From NCBI GenBank assembly GCA_963781585.1, contig CAWAGQ010000009.1, positions 91,566 through 155,565 on the forward strand: 64,000 nucleotides of DNA, given 5' to 3'. This document shows positions 1 through 10,206 of this stretch, piece by piece. Position numbers and translations under genes: made by a program. The DNA is from an uncultured Gemmatimonadaceae bacterium. GTDB taxonomy: Bacteria; Gemmatimonadota; Gemmatimonadetes; Gemmatimonadales; Gemmatimonadaceae. Under the pieces are notes generated by a model. The model saw only the letters and a list, made by a program, of their open reading frames with translations, was not told the origin of the DNA and did not search any database. Position 1 is the first letter of the stretch; each line of letters starts with the position of its first letter.

Positions 1-17
1 ACTCGGCGCGCATTCGA

Positions 18-428
18 ATGGTACTTCAGATGGACGCTTCCGGAGCTATGATGACGGACGAAATGGGAATCCTCCGCGTGGATGTGACAATCGAGAACCA
101 GCTGCGACCGGGCGAGAGCCGGGTTCTCCGCGGAGTCATGGTCGATACCGGGGCGGAACTATCCTGGGCTCCAGCCGATGTCCTGGAGGCGCTTGGCATC
201 GCTCGCGTGAAACGCATCGCATTCCAGCAGGCGGACGGGACCGTCCTCGACCGGTGGGTTGGCTTCGCCGTGCTGCACGCCGAGGGGGCCGTCACCGTTG
301 ACGAGATCGTCTTTGGCGCGCCTGACGACCTGGTGCTGCTCGGCGCACGCACGTTGGAAGGGATGAACCTGAAGATCGACCTCACCGCAAAGCGGTTGGT
401 GGCCGGCGGACCCATGATGGCCGCCTAA
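18..428 (+). CDS. Retropepsin-like (clan AA) aspartyl protease
   Basis: VDTGAELSW catalytic DTG motif and LLGARTLEG C-terminal motif; paralog at 17688-18077; true start may be ATG at 48-63. Confidence 0.75.
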   Translation: MVLQMDASGAMMTDEMGILRVDVTIENQLRPGESRVLRGVMVDTGAELSWAPADVLEALGIARVKRIAFQQADGTVLDRWVGFAVLHAEGAVTVDEIVFGAPDDLVLLGARTLEGMNLKIDLTAKRLVAGGPMMAA

Positions 429-1222
429 CGCCGCGGCGCCACCCAGTGCTTCGCGGTCGTCCAGGTCGCTGGTGAGAAGAGCCCCGTATCGATCGCCACA
501 TCGACCTTCCAGTCCGCATACTGCTCCGCCTGACGACGCACGCCGTTGACGGACATCGCGATCTGCGTCGCCAGCCATCCCTTCCCAACGGCCACGTATC
601 CGTCGAGGTGAATGTCCATCGGCGGGGTGGTGGGAGACGGCTGGAGGATCATCCGTACTACGACGTCGCGTTGCGCGTCGATCCAGATCTGTGGCGAGGT
701 CGTGTCCGTCGCGGTCGCGACACCGATGATCCATACGCGGCGGCCCCGCCACGTTCCCGGCGTCACCCGGCTCATGTCTACTCCAGTAGGTGTCAGCTCG
801 CGCACCGTCTCGTCCACCGGCTGCAGATACACGCCCTCGATGAGCGGGAGGAACTCGTTGCCGCCCGCGCGCGACGTGGCCAGCTTCCCGTCGCGCACCC
901 GATAGGTCGAATCAGCGCTGAAGAGCACGCCATTGCCGAGTGACGGCTCGCCGATGTCGATCCGGAGCCAGGTGCCATGGTCGGGCGTGTGGCGGAGGGT
1001 CTCGTACCAAGTCTCGACAGTGTCAGTGCCATTTGGCTGGCGCAGCGTGGTCGTCTGCCGGAAGATGAGTGTGCGGTACCACTGCCCCTGATAGGCATCG
1101 TGCATGCGCTGCAGCACCTCGGCGCCGGAACGCGGTACATCCGCCTGGGCGTCGAGGCGTGCGGCCACGATGGAGAGGCCGGCAACCCAGATCGCGGCGA
1201 TACGTCGAGACGGGAGATGCAT
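425..1222 (-). CDS. Conserved hypothetical secreted protein
   Basis: ORF 425..1507; probable start MHLPSRR at 1222 with a signal peptide ending ARLDA/QA. Confidence 0.65.
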   Translation of the reverse strand: MHLPSRRIAAIWVAGLSIVAARLDAQADVPRSGAEVLQRMHDAYQGQWYRTLIFRQTTTLRQPNGTDTVETWYETLRHTPDHGTWLRIDIGEPSLGNGVLFSADSTYRVRDGKLATSRAGGNEFLPLIEGVYLQPVDETVRELTPTGVDMSRVTPGTWRGRRVWIIGVATATDTTSPQIWIDAQRDVVVRMILQPSPTTPPMDIHLDGYVAVGKGWLATQIAMSVNGVRRQAEQYADWKVDVAIDTGLFSPATWTTAKHWVAPRR

Positions 1223-1658
1223 GGTCGATAGTCCGTCGGTGGGAGAAACGAGTCGCGTGTCAGGGACGAACACCGCGGCACGAGGTCGGCCCGGAGACGG
1301 GAGAAGAGTCGTTGCGCGGACGGAGCGCGCGCCAGACCCAGGCACATCACCGATGCTCTGGTCGGCTGCTGTGGGAGATCCGGCCGCCGGCCTTCCGCAC
1401 CACGGCGACGGAGAGTAGTTCCTCCAGGCCGTATTCGCCACCATGTGGCCCGGCGGTCCCGACGGGCTTGGCTGACGTCGTGGCAGACGCGTCGGGCATT
1501 GGCGCAACGCCCGATCGCGACCCGACTACGCATCATCCCCGGCCAGTCGCAAGTCGTACCACATTGAACGATTCGACCCCCGCAATTGTCCACATAGTAC
1601 GAACATTTCGCTTCCCGTTTCCCGTCGCCCCGCACTCCTCCCGTCCCCTCGCGCCATC

Positions 1659-4109
1659 ATGGACACGCTCCTGAAGGACCTGCGCTACGGGCTGCGCCGG
1701 GTGCGCAAGAGCCCTGGTTTCTCCACCATCGTCGTGCTCACGCTGGCGCTCGGCATCGGCGCCAACACGGCGATCTTCACCGTGGTCAACACGGTGCTGC
1801 TCCGTCCGTTTCCCTACCGGAACCCGGAGAGGCTCGTCACCATCGATCACTTCTATCCGTCGCTGAACAATCTCGAGGCGGGGGCATCGGCCCCCGGATT
1901 CCGCGACCTGCGCGACAAGGGAGAGATTTTCGACGGCGTGTTCGTGGAGTCGGGATGGGGGCCGGCGCTGACCGGGATGGGGGAGGCGCGCCGCCTGACC
2001 GGTGTCCGCGTCTCGGCGCAGTACTTCAGCACGCTGGGGGTGAGTCCGGCGCGGGGTCGAGCGCTTCTCCCCGAAGAGGACCAGCCCGGTCACAACAAGT
2101 TCGTGGTGATCTCGAACGGGCTCTGGCAGCGCGAGTTCGGCGGGGATGCGAGCACCGTAGGCCGCTCGATACTCCTCGACAACGAACAGTACCAGATCGT
2201 GGGCGTGATGCCGCCGGGGTTTCAGGATTTCTTCCGTCCCAACAGCGAGATCTGGTCGCCCATCGCACTGCCACCGGCGGCGTTCTCGGACGACCGCCGC
2301 ACCAACGAGAACATGTCGCTGATCGCGCGGCTCAAACCGGGCGTGAGTATCGAGCAGGCACACGCGCGCATGACGGCGTTCGCCGACCAGCTCAAGCAGC
2401 AATACCCGAACAATTACGGGCGCACCTGGACCCTCAAGGTGGCCACGCTCACCGAGAAGAAGAGTGGGCGCATCAAGCCGGCGCTGCTGGTGCTGCTCGG
2501 AGCGGTTGGCTTTGTGCTCCTCATTGCCTGCGCCAACGTCGCCAATCTGCTGCTGGCGCGGGCGGCCGCGCGTCTCAAGGAGGTCGCGATCCGGTCGGCG
2601 TTAGGCGCGAGCCGCCGCGTCCTGGTACGCCAGTTGCTGGTGGAGAGCCTGCTGCTGGCCCTGATCGGCGGAACGTTGGGCGTGGGGCTGGCGTGGGCCG
2701 GAGTGAAGGGTGTGGTGGCGCTTCAGCCGGCCAACGTGCCGCGCGTCGACCAGCTCGGCCTGGACGGCACGGTGCTCGGCTTCGCGCTCCTGGTCACGCT
2801 GGTGACAGGCCTGCTCTTCGGGATGGTCCCGGCGTTGCAGACGTCGCGCGGGAACCTGCAGGAGACGCTCAAGGAAGGCGGACGGACGTCGTCGGCCGAC
2901 CGGAGCGGCCATCGGCTGCGGCAGGCACTGGTGGTGGCCGAGATGGCGCTGGCGCTGACGCTGCTGGCGGGAGCTGGACTGCTGGTGAAGAGCTTTGCAC
3001 GCCTGGCCGGCGTGAATCCCGGATTCGATCCCGATCGCCTGCTGACCTTCAACGTGGGGCTGGCCGCGGCGAAGTACCCGAGCGACACAGCGCAGCGGGG
3101 ATTCTGGAATGCCGCTCTGCCGCGGATCGCCGCGGTGCCCGGGGTGCAGGGCGTCGCGGTCACGTCGACGCTCCCGTTCAGCGGGAACTGGTCCACCGGT
3201 AGCTTCTCGGTGGAAGGGTATCAGCCGGCCAAGGGCCAGCCGGGTCCGTGGGGCGACTTGCGCGTCGTCAATGCCGATTTCTTCAAGGCGATGCGAGTTC
3301 CCCTGCTCAAGGGCCGCGCGTTCGACCCCGGCGACGACGAGCGTGCACCGGTGCGGGCGATCGTCGACGAGGAAGCGGTCCGGCGGTTCTGGCCCGACGT
3401 CGATCCGATCGGCAAGCGGATCACCTTCGGCAACGCCGAGGATACCAGCGCCCATTGGATCACGGTGGTGGGGGTGGTGGGTCATACCAAGCACGAGGGA
3501 CTCGACGCCGAGAACCGGTTGCAGGTCTACTTCCCGATGGCGCAGGCCGCGTCGCTCGGGGCCGGCACGCGCTTCATGTCGTTGGCCGTGCGCACCACCG
3601 GCGATCCGCTGCGCGCGCTTCCTGCCGTGTCGGCCGCGATTCACGAGATCGACCGGGATGTGCCGGTATCGAACACGTCGTCGATGGACGACCTGATCGC
3701 GAATTCGATGGGTCAGCGGCGGTTTGCGATGCTCCTGCTGGTGCTTTTTTCGGCGCTCGCGCTCACGCTGGCCTCGATCGGGATCTACGGCGTGATGTCG
3801 TTCTCGGTCACCCAGCGCGCGCACGAGCTCGGCGTTCGCATGACCCTGGGGGCCACCCGCCGCGACGTGCTCGCGCTCGTTATGCGGAACGGGATGATCC
3901 TGGCCCTGCTGGGGGTGGCGATCGGCATCGCCGGGGCGATCGCGATGCGGCGGGTGATCGCCAACCAGTTGTTCGCGGTGCGGCCGGACGATCCGGCCAC
4001 GCTGGTGGTGGTGGCGGTCACGCTGATGGTGGTGGCCGCGGCCGCGATCTTCATCCCCGCGTTACGGGCAACGCGGGTGGATCCGGTGGTGGCGTTGCGG
4101 GAGGAATAG
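1659..4109 (+). CDS. ABC transporter permease, ADOP / MacB-FtsX duplicated type
   Basis: LKDLRYGLR..TLALGIGANTAIF, LLIACANVANLLLAR, RATRVDPVVALREE motifs; 816 aa. Confidence 0.92.
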   Translation: MDTLLKDLRYGLRRVRKSPGFSTIVVLTLALGIGANTAIFTVVNTVLLRPFPYRNPERLVTIDHFYPSLNNLEAGASAPGFRDLRDKGEIFDGVFVESGWGPALTGMGEARRLTGVRVSAQYFSTLGVSPARGRALLPEEDQPGHNKFVVISNGLWQREFGGDASTVGRSILLDNEQYQIVGVMPPGFQDFFRPNSEIWSPIALPPAAFSDDRRTNENMSLIARLKPGVSIEQAHARMTAFADQLKQQYPNNYGRTWTLKVATLTEKKSGRIKPALLVLLGAVGFVLLIACANVANLLLARAAARLKEVAIRSALGASRRVLVRQLLVESLLLALIGGTLGVGLAWAGVKGVVALQPANVPRVDQLGLDGTVLGFALLVTLVTGLLFGMVPALQTSRGNLQETLKEGGRTSSADRSGHRLRQALVVAEMALALTLLAGAGLLVKSFARLAGVNPGFDPDRLLTFNVGLAAAKYPSDTAQRGFWNAALPRIAAVPGVQGVAVTSTLPFSGNWSTGSFSVEGYQPAKGQPGPWGDLRVVNADFFKAMRVPLLKGRAFDPGDDERAPVRAIVDEEAVRRFWPDVDPIGKRITFGNAEDTSAHWITVVGVVGHTKHEGLDAENRLQVYFPMAQAASLGAGTRFMSLAVRTTGDPLRALPAVSAAIHEIDRDVPVSNTSSMDDLIANSMGQRRFAMLLLVLFSALALTLASIGIYGVMSFSVTQRAHELGVRMTLGATRRDVLALVMRNGMILALLGVAIGIAGAIAMRRVIANQLFAVRPDDPATLVVVAVTLMVVAAAAIFIPALRATRVDPVVALREE

Positions 4110-4138
4110 CGGGCGGGCGATCGCACGCCGGGGGCACC

Positions 4139-4167
4139 TTGACGTAGTCTCATATGAGACACATATT
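4139..4167 (+). promoter_or_regulatory. Putative sigma70 promoter with palindromic operator for the Xre/RES operon
   Basis: TTGACG-17-CATATT; perfect 14-bp palindrome GTCTCATATGAGAC at 4147-4160 in the spacer. Confidence 0.6.
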
Positions 4168-4175
4168 GTATCCAT

Positions 4176-4628
4176 ATGAAACGCTCCCCCGTATCGGTCA
4201 GACCGGACCAGGTGGCCCGCATCCTGGGAGGCGAACGCGTCCTCGGCCGACGCATCCGCACCCTCGAACAACTGCGGCGCGCTGTGGAAGCGGGACTCCC
4301 GGTCGCCGCGTTGTCTCGCGTGGCTGAGCACGTCGCCAGCTACGACGTCGATGCTGCAACCGTCAAGTACCGCATCGTGCCCAAGGCGACGCTGCACCGC
4401 CGGGACACCCGGCTGACCCTCGAAGAGAGCGAACGACTGGAGCGGCTGGCACGAATCACCGCGTTCGCGGAGTCGGCGTGGGAGGACGCCGCGCTGGCCC
4501 ACGAGTTCCTCACCAACCCGCAGCCGCAGCTGGAGGGCATGCGGCCGATCGACCTGACGCGATCCGATCTGGGCGCCCGCCAGGTTGAACAGCTCCTGCT
4601 GAAGATCGAGTACGCCCTGCCGGTGTAG
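4176..4628 (+). CDS. Xre/MbcA/ParS-type antitoxin
   Basis: VPKATLHRR..LTLEESERLERLARI..FLTNPQPQLEGMRPIDL pattern; directly upstream of a RES toxin. Confidence 0.88.
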   Translation: MKRSPVSVRPDQVARILGGERVLGRRIRTLEQLRRAVEAGLPVAALSRVAEHVASYDVDAATVKYRIVPKATLHRRDTRLTLEESERLERLARITAFAESAWEDAALAHEFLTNPQPQLEGMRPIDLTRSDLGARQVEQLLLKIEYALPV

Positions 4629-4637
4629 CGCGCCACG

Positions 4638-5087
4638 ATGCTCGCATGGCGGGCGTGCAAGACGAAGTACCATCCGTACGATGGCTCCGGCGCCGAGGCC
4701 GCGGGCGGGCGGTGGAACTCCGCGGGACGAGCGGTGATCTACGGCGCCGACTCGTTCGCCGGCGCACTCCTCGAGATCCTCGCGCACAGCATCCGTCCCC
4801 GCACGCTCCCCGGACCCCATCATGCGGTCCGTCTCGACATTCCCGACGACCTCATCGAGCGACTCGACGAGGGTCAGCTTCGGCGATGGAGTGAACGGGG
4901 TTCACCCGAAGCCCGTGAATACGGCGACGACTGGCTCTACGCGTCACGTTCGGCGGTGCTGGTCGTCCCGGCGCTCCCGTCCCGGCCCATCGGGCGCGGT
5001 GTGCTGGTGAATCCGCAGCATCCCAACGCGGCACGAATCACAGTCGGCGCGCCGTTTCGCGTGCCGTGGGATGAGCGGCTCTTCTGA
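4638..5087 (+). CDS. RES domain toxin (NAD+ phosphorylase family)
   Basis: GSGAEAAGGRWNSAGRAVIY, SAVLVVP, VNPQHP, WDERLF motifs. Confidence 0.9.
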   Translation: MLAWRACKTKYHPYDGSGAEAAGGRWNSAGRAVIYGADSFAGALLEILAHSIRPRTLPGPHHAVRLDIPDDLIERLDEGQLRRWSERGSPEAREYGDDWLYASRSAVLVVPALPSRPIGRGVLVNPQHPNAARITVGAPFRVPWDERLF

Positions 5088-5250
5088 CACGAGACACCGA
5101 CTGCGGAGTGCGGCCAGTGGTTGCCTGAAGCCGGGGCTGCATGCTGGAATCGGGCCCCCAACAAGGTTGAGCGTCAGGCATTCTCGAAGTGCGTGCCTGC
5201 CTCCCTTGCTGCGCTGTCACGACTGCTCTCGACTACTGAATGTTGCAGGG

Positions 5251-7536
5251 TCAGAGCCGCACCTCCAGCGCCCGTCCCCGGAACTCTATCCGCGTGGCCG
5301 TCGCTGAACCTGCCATTCGCACATCGATCACCCGGGTGGCCGGCGGGAGAATTTGTGAGCCGGGCGCCAAGCCCAGCGTCAGCCGGCGCTCGGCGTCGTG
5401 CCAGTCCAACTGCATCTTCATCCAGCCGCCGCGGCGGTAGGCGAACGATTCCCCGTCGTCCTCGTAGAGAGCGGTCGTGCCGTCCGCACCCGGATACACG
5501 ACGAGTGTGAGCGGGGCCTCCACCGTCTCGTCCGTGTACTGCTTCACCGGGCCGAGTGGCACGATCGCCCCCGCGCGGACGTAGAGCGGCATCGTCGCCA
5601 GATCCACCGCCCGTTCGATCTCCCGTCCGCCATCGACCTGTTCCTCGGTCCAGTAGTCGAACCAGGTGCCGCGCGGCAGGTACAGACGACGGCTGTTCGC
5701 GCTCTTCTCCACCACCGGCGCCACGAGCAGGTCCCTCCCCCACAGGTACTGATCGCCGCGCGCCGCCGCCGCAGGGTCGTCCGGATAGTGCAGCCACAGC
5801 GCGCGCACGATCGGCATGCCTGACTCGTGCCCCTCGCGTACGACGGAGTAGGTGTACGGCAGCAACCGATAGCGCAACTCGAGGTACTTCCGGCAGATCG
5901 GCTCCACCTGCTCGTTATGCAGCTCGGCGGGATCGGGCTGGAAGCCCTGGGTCTCGGGGGGACCGCCGTCGCCCCCGTTCCAGCCCCACGGCAGATGCAG
6001 GTGCCAGTTGCGCCCGTGCGACCGGAACAGCGGACAGAACGCCGCGAACTGGAACCAGCGCACGAACAGCTCCCCGGTGAATTCCGGAGTCCCGTAGAAT
6101 CCGCCGATGTCGGTCCCCCAGTACGGCATCCCCGAGAGGCCGCAGTTGATGGTGACCGGGACGTGATTGCGCAACGTCTCCCAGAGCGAGAAGACGTCAC
6201 CCGACCAGAGAAACGCCGCATAACGAGCCATCCCGGCGTAGCCATTGCGATGCAGAGCGAACGGCCGTTCATCGGGCCGCCACTTTCGCGAACCCTCCCA
6301 GTACATGCGGATCCGCGTCAGGCGCGAGGGGGCGTCGTAGCCGTCGCCCTGGTCCGGCCACCAGCCGTCGATCCCGACGTCGAACAGCGGTTTGTGGACG
6401 GTCCAGTAGCACCCGACGTGACGCTCTGGCGGCCACCGGTTGTCGGGCGTCCGCCCACTCGGCTCCGGCGCGGGGCAGGGATCATTCACCGTCCCCGTCA
6501 TTCGCGACCCTTCAGTGACCACGTGGAGCACCACGCGATAGTGCAGCGCGTGCAGCTCGTCGATCTGCCGCCTGGGATCGGGAAAGTTCGCGGCATTGAA
6601 GGTGAACTCGCCGTTGTGCGTGTTCCAGCCAGACGGCGTGAAGTCGGTGCCCAGATAGATCAGCGCGTCGCACGGGAGTCGCTTGGCGCGCATCGTCTCG
6701 GCGACGGAGCGGATCTCGTCCGGGCCGGCCAGGGTGCGATGCGATTGGAGATAGCCGAGCGACCAGAGGGGCGGCATCTCCGGATAGCCCGTGATGTCGG
6801 CGAAGGCACGCATGATGCCCGCGGGGTCCGAGACCACGACGAAAATGTCGAGCGGGAGCGGCGCATCCGCCGGCGGCGTGAAGCGTCCGGCGGATGCGCC
6901 GGTAAGGTCGAAGGCGCCAAGCGGATGGTGGATGTAGATGGCCGTCCCGCCACGGATGAGCCATTGAATCGGGACCCGTCCGCCGTTGGTGCGCACCGCG
7001 TAGCCGCTCTCGCGGTCGGTGATCTGGCCGCTGCGCATCCGGTCGGTGCCGCCCGCGCGGTCGAACTGACGTCCGCCTTCGCCGAATCCCAGCAAGGGAC
7101 CATCACCCGCGAGCGAAAAGGTCAGCCCGCCGGTGTCGCGATCGATCGAGAGCGACTGTTGCGCTCCGGCAGCCGACCCGGGAGCTGCGAGCGGGCCGTA
7201 GATATGGATGGAGAGCGGATCCTCGTCGAGGTGCACGCGCAGATCGCCCGCGCGGATACCGGACGCCCGGGTCGCTGCCTGCACGCGCTGCGGGCGTCCC
7301 CAAACCGCCTGCACGAGCGCGCCGTCGTTCAGGCCGGCCTCCGTGGTAGCTGCGCGCGCTCGAATCGTCAGGCGCGTGGTCGTCGGATTCACCGACGAGA
7401 CGACCAGCTCGACCGGTTGTCCGGCGACGATCAGGTCATCGCGTCGACCACGGATGATCGTGTCGCCGAGCGCGACGCTCGCACCGGCTGCGCCGAGGCG
7501 CTTGAGGGCCTCACGACGAGAGAGCGGCGATGCCAT
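5251..7536 (-). CDS. Glycoside hydrolase family 31 with Tat signal
   Basis: SRREALK Tat motif; PPLWSLGY, DGWWPD, WSGD, GTDIGGF, ELFVRWFQF, YEDDG. Confidence 0.9.
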   Translation of the reverse strand: MASPLSRREALKRLGAAGASVALGDTIIRGRRDDLIVAGQPVELVVSSVNPTTTRLTIRARAATTEAGLNDGALVQAVWGRPQRVQAATRASGIRAGDLRVHLDEDPLSIHIYGPLAAPGSAAGAQQSLSIDRDTGGLTFSLAGDGPLLGFGEGGRQFDRAGGTDRMRSGQITDRESGYAVRTNGGRVPIQWLIRGGTAIYIHHPLGAFDLTGASAGRFTPPADAPLPLDIFVVVSDPAGIMRAFADITGYPEMPPLWSLGYLQSHRTLAGPDEIRSVAETMRAKRLPCDALIYLGTDFTPSGWNTHNGEFTFNAANFPDPRRQIDELHALHYRVVLHVVTEGSRMTGTVNDPCPAPEPSGRTPDNRWPPERHVGCYWTVHKPLFDVGIDGWWPDQGDGYDAPSRLTRIRMYWEGSRKWRPDERPFALHRNGYAGMARYAAFLWSGDVFSLWETLRNHVPVTINCGLSGMPYWGTDIGGFYGTPEFTGELFVRWFQFAAFCPLFRSHGRNWHLHLPWGWNGGDGGPPETQGFQPDPAELHNEQVEPICRKYLELRYRLLPYTYSVVREGHESGMPIVRALWLHYPDDPAAAARGDQYLWGRDLLVAPVVEKSANSRRLYLPRGTWFDYWTEEQVDGGREIERAVDLATMPLYVRAGAIVPLGPVKQYTDETVEAPLTLVVYPGADGTTALYEDDGESFAYRRGGWMKMQLDWHDAERRLTLGLAPGSQILPPATRVIDVRMAGSATATRIEFRGRALEVRL

Positions 7537-7644
7537 GCCTGAACGATCGCGCCCAGGCGAGCGCCCCGGAAGGTTGCGGCCATCGACGAAACGGTTCGGC
7601 GGCGTACGTTGTCGAACCCACAGCGCTCACCCGGAGCCCTCGCG

Positions 7645-10203
7645 ATGCCGCTGTCCGTTCCATCCCGCTTCGCCGCCTGGCGCGACCTCATCGTCCAGGA
7701 CACCCGCTACGCACTGCGCGGGTTTCGCCTGCGCCCGGGGTTCACCGCGATGGTCGTGCTCACGCTGTCGCTCGGGATCGGCGCCAACGCGACGATGTTC
7801 GGCATTCTCGACCGGCTCCTCCTGCGCGCTCCCGCGTACATCGTTAATCCCGACCGCGTGGTCCAGATCCATTCCCACTGGATGGGCAGCACGGGGATGG
7901 AGAGCTCGCAGCCGTACGTGGTCTACAAGGACATGCGCGCTGGCGTCTCTGATTTCCAGGATGTCGCCGTCTCCACACCGACGACGCTCATCGACCGTGC
8001 GTACTATCCGCTGGGACGCGGCACGAACGCGGGTCGCGTCGCCGGCGCGCAGGTCACCCCGAGCTACTTTCCGCTGCTGGGGGTGCGCCCGTGGCGCGGT
8101 CGATTCTTCCAGGAAGACGAAGCGGGCGAGCAGAACCCGCAGAAGCTCGTCGTCCTTGGTTACGGATTCTGGCAACGGCAGTTCGGCGGACGTGACGACG
8201 CCATCGGCCGGAGCATCGAGCTCGGCGCCGACCAGTACACGATCGTTGGCGTCGCCCCGAAGGGGTTTACCGGGACGCAGCTGAGCGACGTGGACGTGTG
8301 GATTCCGATCGCGGCTGCCGATGGCCTGCGGTTCGCCAAAGGACAGGACTGGAACACCACACGCAACTCGCAGTGGCTGTACATCTTCGCGCGCCTCAAG
8401 CCCGGCGTGACGCTCGAGCACGCCCGTGCGGAGGCCACCGCCGCGTTCCGTCACGGCGAGGAGATCCGGGTCGCGGAATTGAAGGGCCGGAGCACCTGGA
8501 GTCCCGATTCCGAAGAGGTCTTCCTCGGCTCGATCATTCCCGGGCGGGGCCTCAACGGGTTCGGAATTTCGGGCACGTCGAGCGAGTTGCGGGTCTCGAA
8601 ACTGCTGGGGGGCGTGGCGATCCTGGTGCTCCTGATCGCCTGCGCCAATGTCGCCAATCTGCTGCTGGTGCGCGGGCTCACCCGGCGCCGCGAGATCGCG
8701 GTCCGCCTCGCGCTCGGCATCACCCAGCGCCGGCTGATCGGCCAGCTGGTCCTCGAGGGGATCCTGCTGTCGATCTTCGGCGCGTCAGGCGCGCTGGCCT
8801 GCGCCCAGGCGAGCGCGGGATTCATCCGGGTGCTGCTGCTTGGCGACGCGTCGTGGTCGGGGAGCGCGATCGACGGGCGGGTACTGGCGTTCACCGCGGC
8901 GGTCGCGCTGGTCACCGGGCTGCTCACGTCGCTGCTCCCGGCGTGGCAGTCGAGCCGCCCCGCGCTCACCTCCGCGCTCAAGGCGGGGGTGCGTGAGGGA
9001 GGCATGTCGCGGTCGCGGACGCGCACCGGATTGCTGGTGGGACAGGCGGCGCTGGCGATCGTGCTCCTCGCCGGCGCGGGACTGTTCGTGCGCAGTCTGC
9101 GGAAGGTCGCCGATCTGCCGCTGGGGATCGACATCGACCGGGTTCTGGTTGCCCACATCGAGCACGCCAGCGTGGGAATGAGCAACGCTGAGGCGCGCGA
9201 GGTCTATCGACACTTCACCGAGCGTGCGCACCAGGTGCCCGGAGTCTCGGCGGCGGCTACGTCGATCGGTCTGTCGTTCGGGCTCGGGTGGAGTACACGC
9301 CTCTCGGTGCCCGGCCGCCCGAAGCCCGAGGTGACGAACAACCCCAGCCAGTACGCGGTCACGCCCGAGTACTTCCAGGTGATGGGGATCCGCCTGCGCA
9401 CCGGTCGGCTGTTCACCGAGGCCGACCGCGCCGGCGCTCAGCCGGTCGCGATCATCAACGAGACCACGGCGAAGACCTTCTGGGGCTCGGCGGATCCCGT
9501 TGGCAATTGCCTGAAGGTGGGAGCGGACACTATGCCCTGCACCACGGTGGTGGGGGTCGTGTCGGACGCCCGGCGCCAGCAACTGATCGAGAAACCGGTG
9601 TCGCAGCTCTACCGGCCGCTCGATCAGCTTCCGGCATCGGTGACCAACTCCACCGTCTCGTTCTTCGGGTACACGATGATCGCGCGTACCACGCGCGACC
9701 CGGCGACGCTGCGCGAGCCGTTGCGCCGCGCGCTCCAGAGCACGGCCGCCGACATCCCGTATGTGGAGGTGGCCCCGTTACGCGATCACCTGGGGCGCCA
9801 GACCCGCACCTGGACGCTGGGGGCCACGATGTTCAGCGCGTTCGGCGGGCTGGCGCTGGTGCTGTCGATGATCGGACTGTACAGCGTGGTGGCGTTCACG
9901 CTCGCGCAGCGGCTGCATGAATTCGGCGTGCGGTTGGCGTTAGGCGCCACCGGCGCAGACCTGCTGCGCCTGACGCTGGTCCGCGGAGTGATGCCGGCAG
10001 TGGCCGGGATCCTGGTCGGCGTGGCGCTGGCGCTGCTGGGGAGCGGGCTGGTGGCGGGCTTGCTGTTCGAACTCTCGCCGCGGGACCCGGCCGTGTTCGC
10101 GGCAGTCAGCATCCTGCTGCTGGCGGCCGCGGTGGTGGCGAGCCTGGTGCCGGCGCTGCGGGCCCGGAAGGTGGATCCGATGATCGCGCTGCGCGCGGAC
10201 TGA
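7645..10203 (+). CDS. ABC transporter permease, ADOP type
   Basis: QDTRYALR, LGIGANATMF, LLIACANVANLLL, VDPMIALRAD; start uncertain (7609 or 7645). Confidence 0.9.
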   Translation: MPLSVPSRFAAWRDLIVQDTRYALRGFRLRPGFTAMVVLTLSLGIGANATMFGILDRLLLRAPAYIVNPDRVVQIHSHWMGSTGMESSQPYVVYKDMRAGVSDFQDVAVSTPTTLIDRAYYPLGRGTNAGRVAGAQVTPSYFPLLGVRPWRGRFFQEDEAGEQNPQKLVVLGYGFWQRQFGGRDDAIGRSIELGADQYTIVGVAPKGFTGTQLSDVDVWIPIAAADGLRFAKGQDWNTTRNSQWLYIFARLKPGVTLEHARAEATAAFRHGEEIRVAELKGRSTWSPDSEEVFLGSIIPGRGLNGFGISGTSSELRVSKLLGGVAILVLLIACANVANLLLVRGLTRRREIAVRLALGITQRRLIGQLVLEGILLSIFGASGALACAQASAGFIRVLLLGDASWSGSAIDGRVLAFTAAVALVTGLLTSLLPAWQSSRPALTSALKAGVREGGMSRSRTRTGLLVGQAALAIVLLAGAGLFVRSLRKVADLPLGIDIDRVLVAHIEHASVGMSNAEAREVYRHFTERAHQVPGVSAAATSIGLSFGLGWSTRLSVPGRPKPEVTNNPSQYAVTPEYFQVMGIRLRTGRLFTEADRAGAQPVAIINETTAKTFWGSADPVGNCLKVGADTMPCTTVVGVVSDARRQQLIEKPVSQLYRPLDQLPASVTNSTVSFFGYTMIARTTRDPATLREPLRRALQSTAADIPYVEVAPLRDHLGRQTRTWTLGATMFSAFGGLALVLSMIGLYSVVAFTLAQRLHEFGVRLALGATGADLLRLTLVRGVMPAVAGILVGVALALLGSGLVAGLLFELSPRDPAVFAAVSILLLAAAVVASLVPALRARKVDPMIALRAD

Positions 10204-10206
10204 TAC

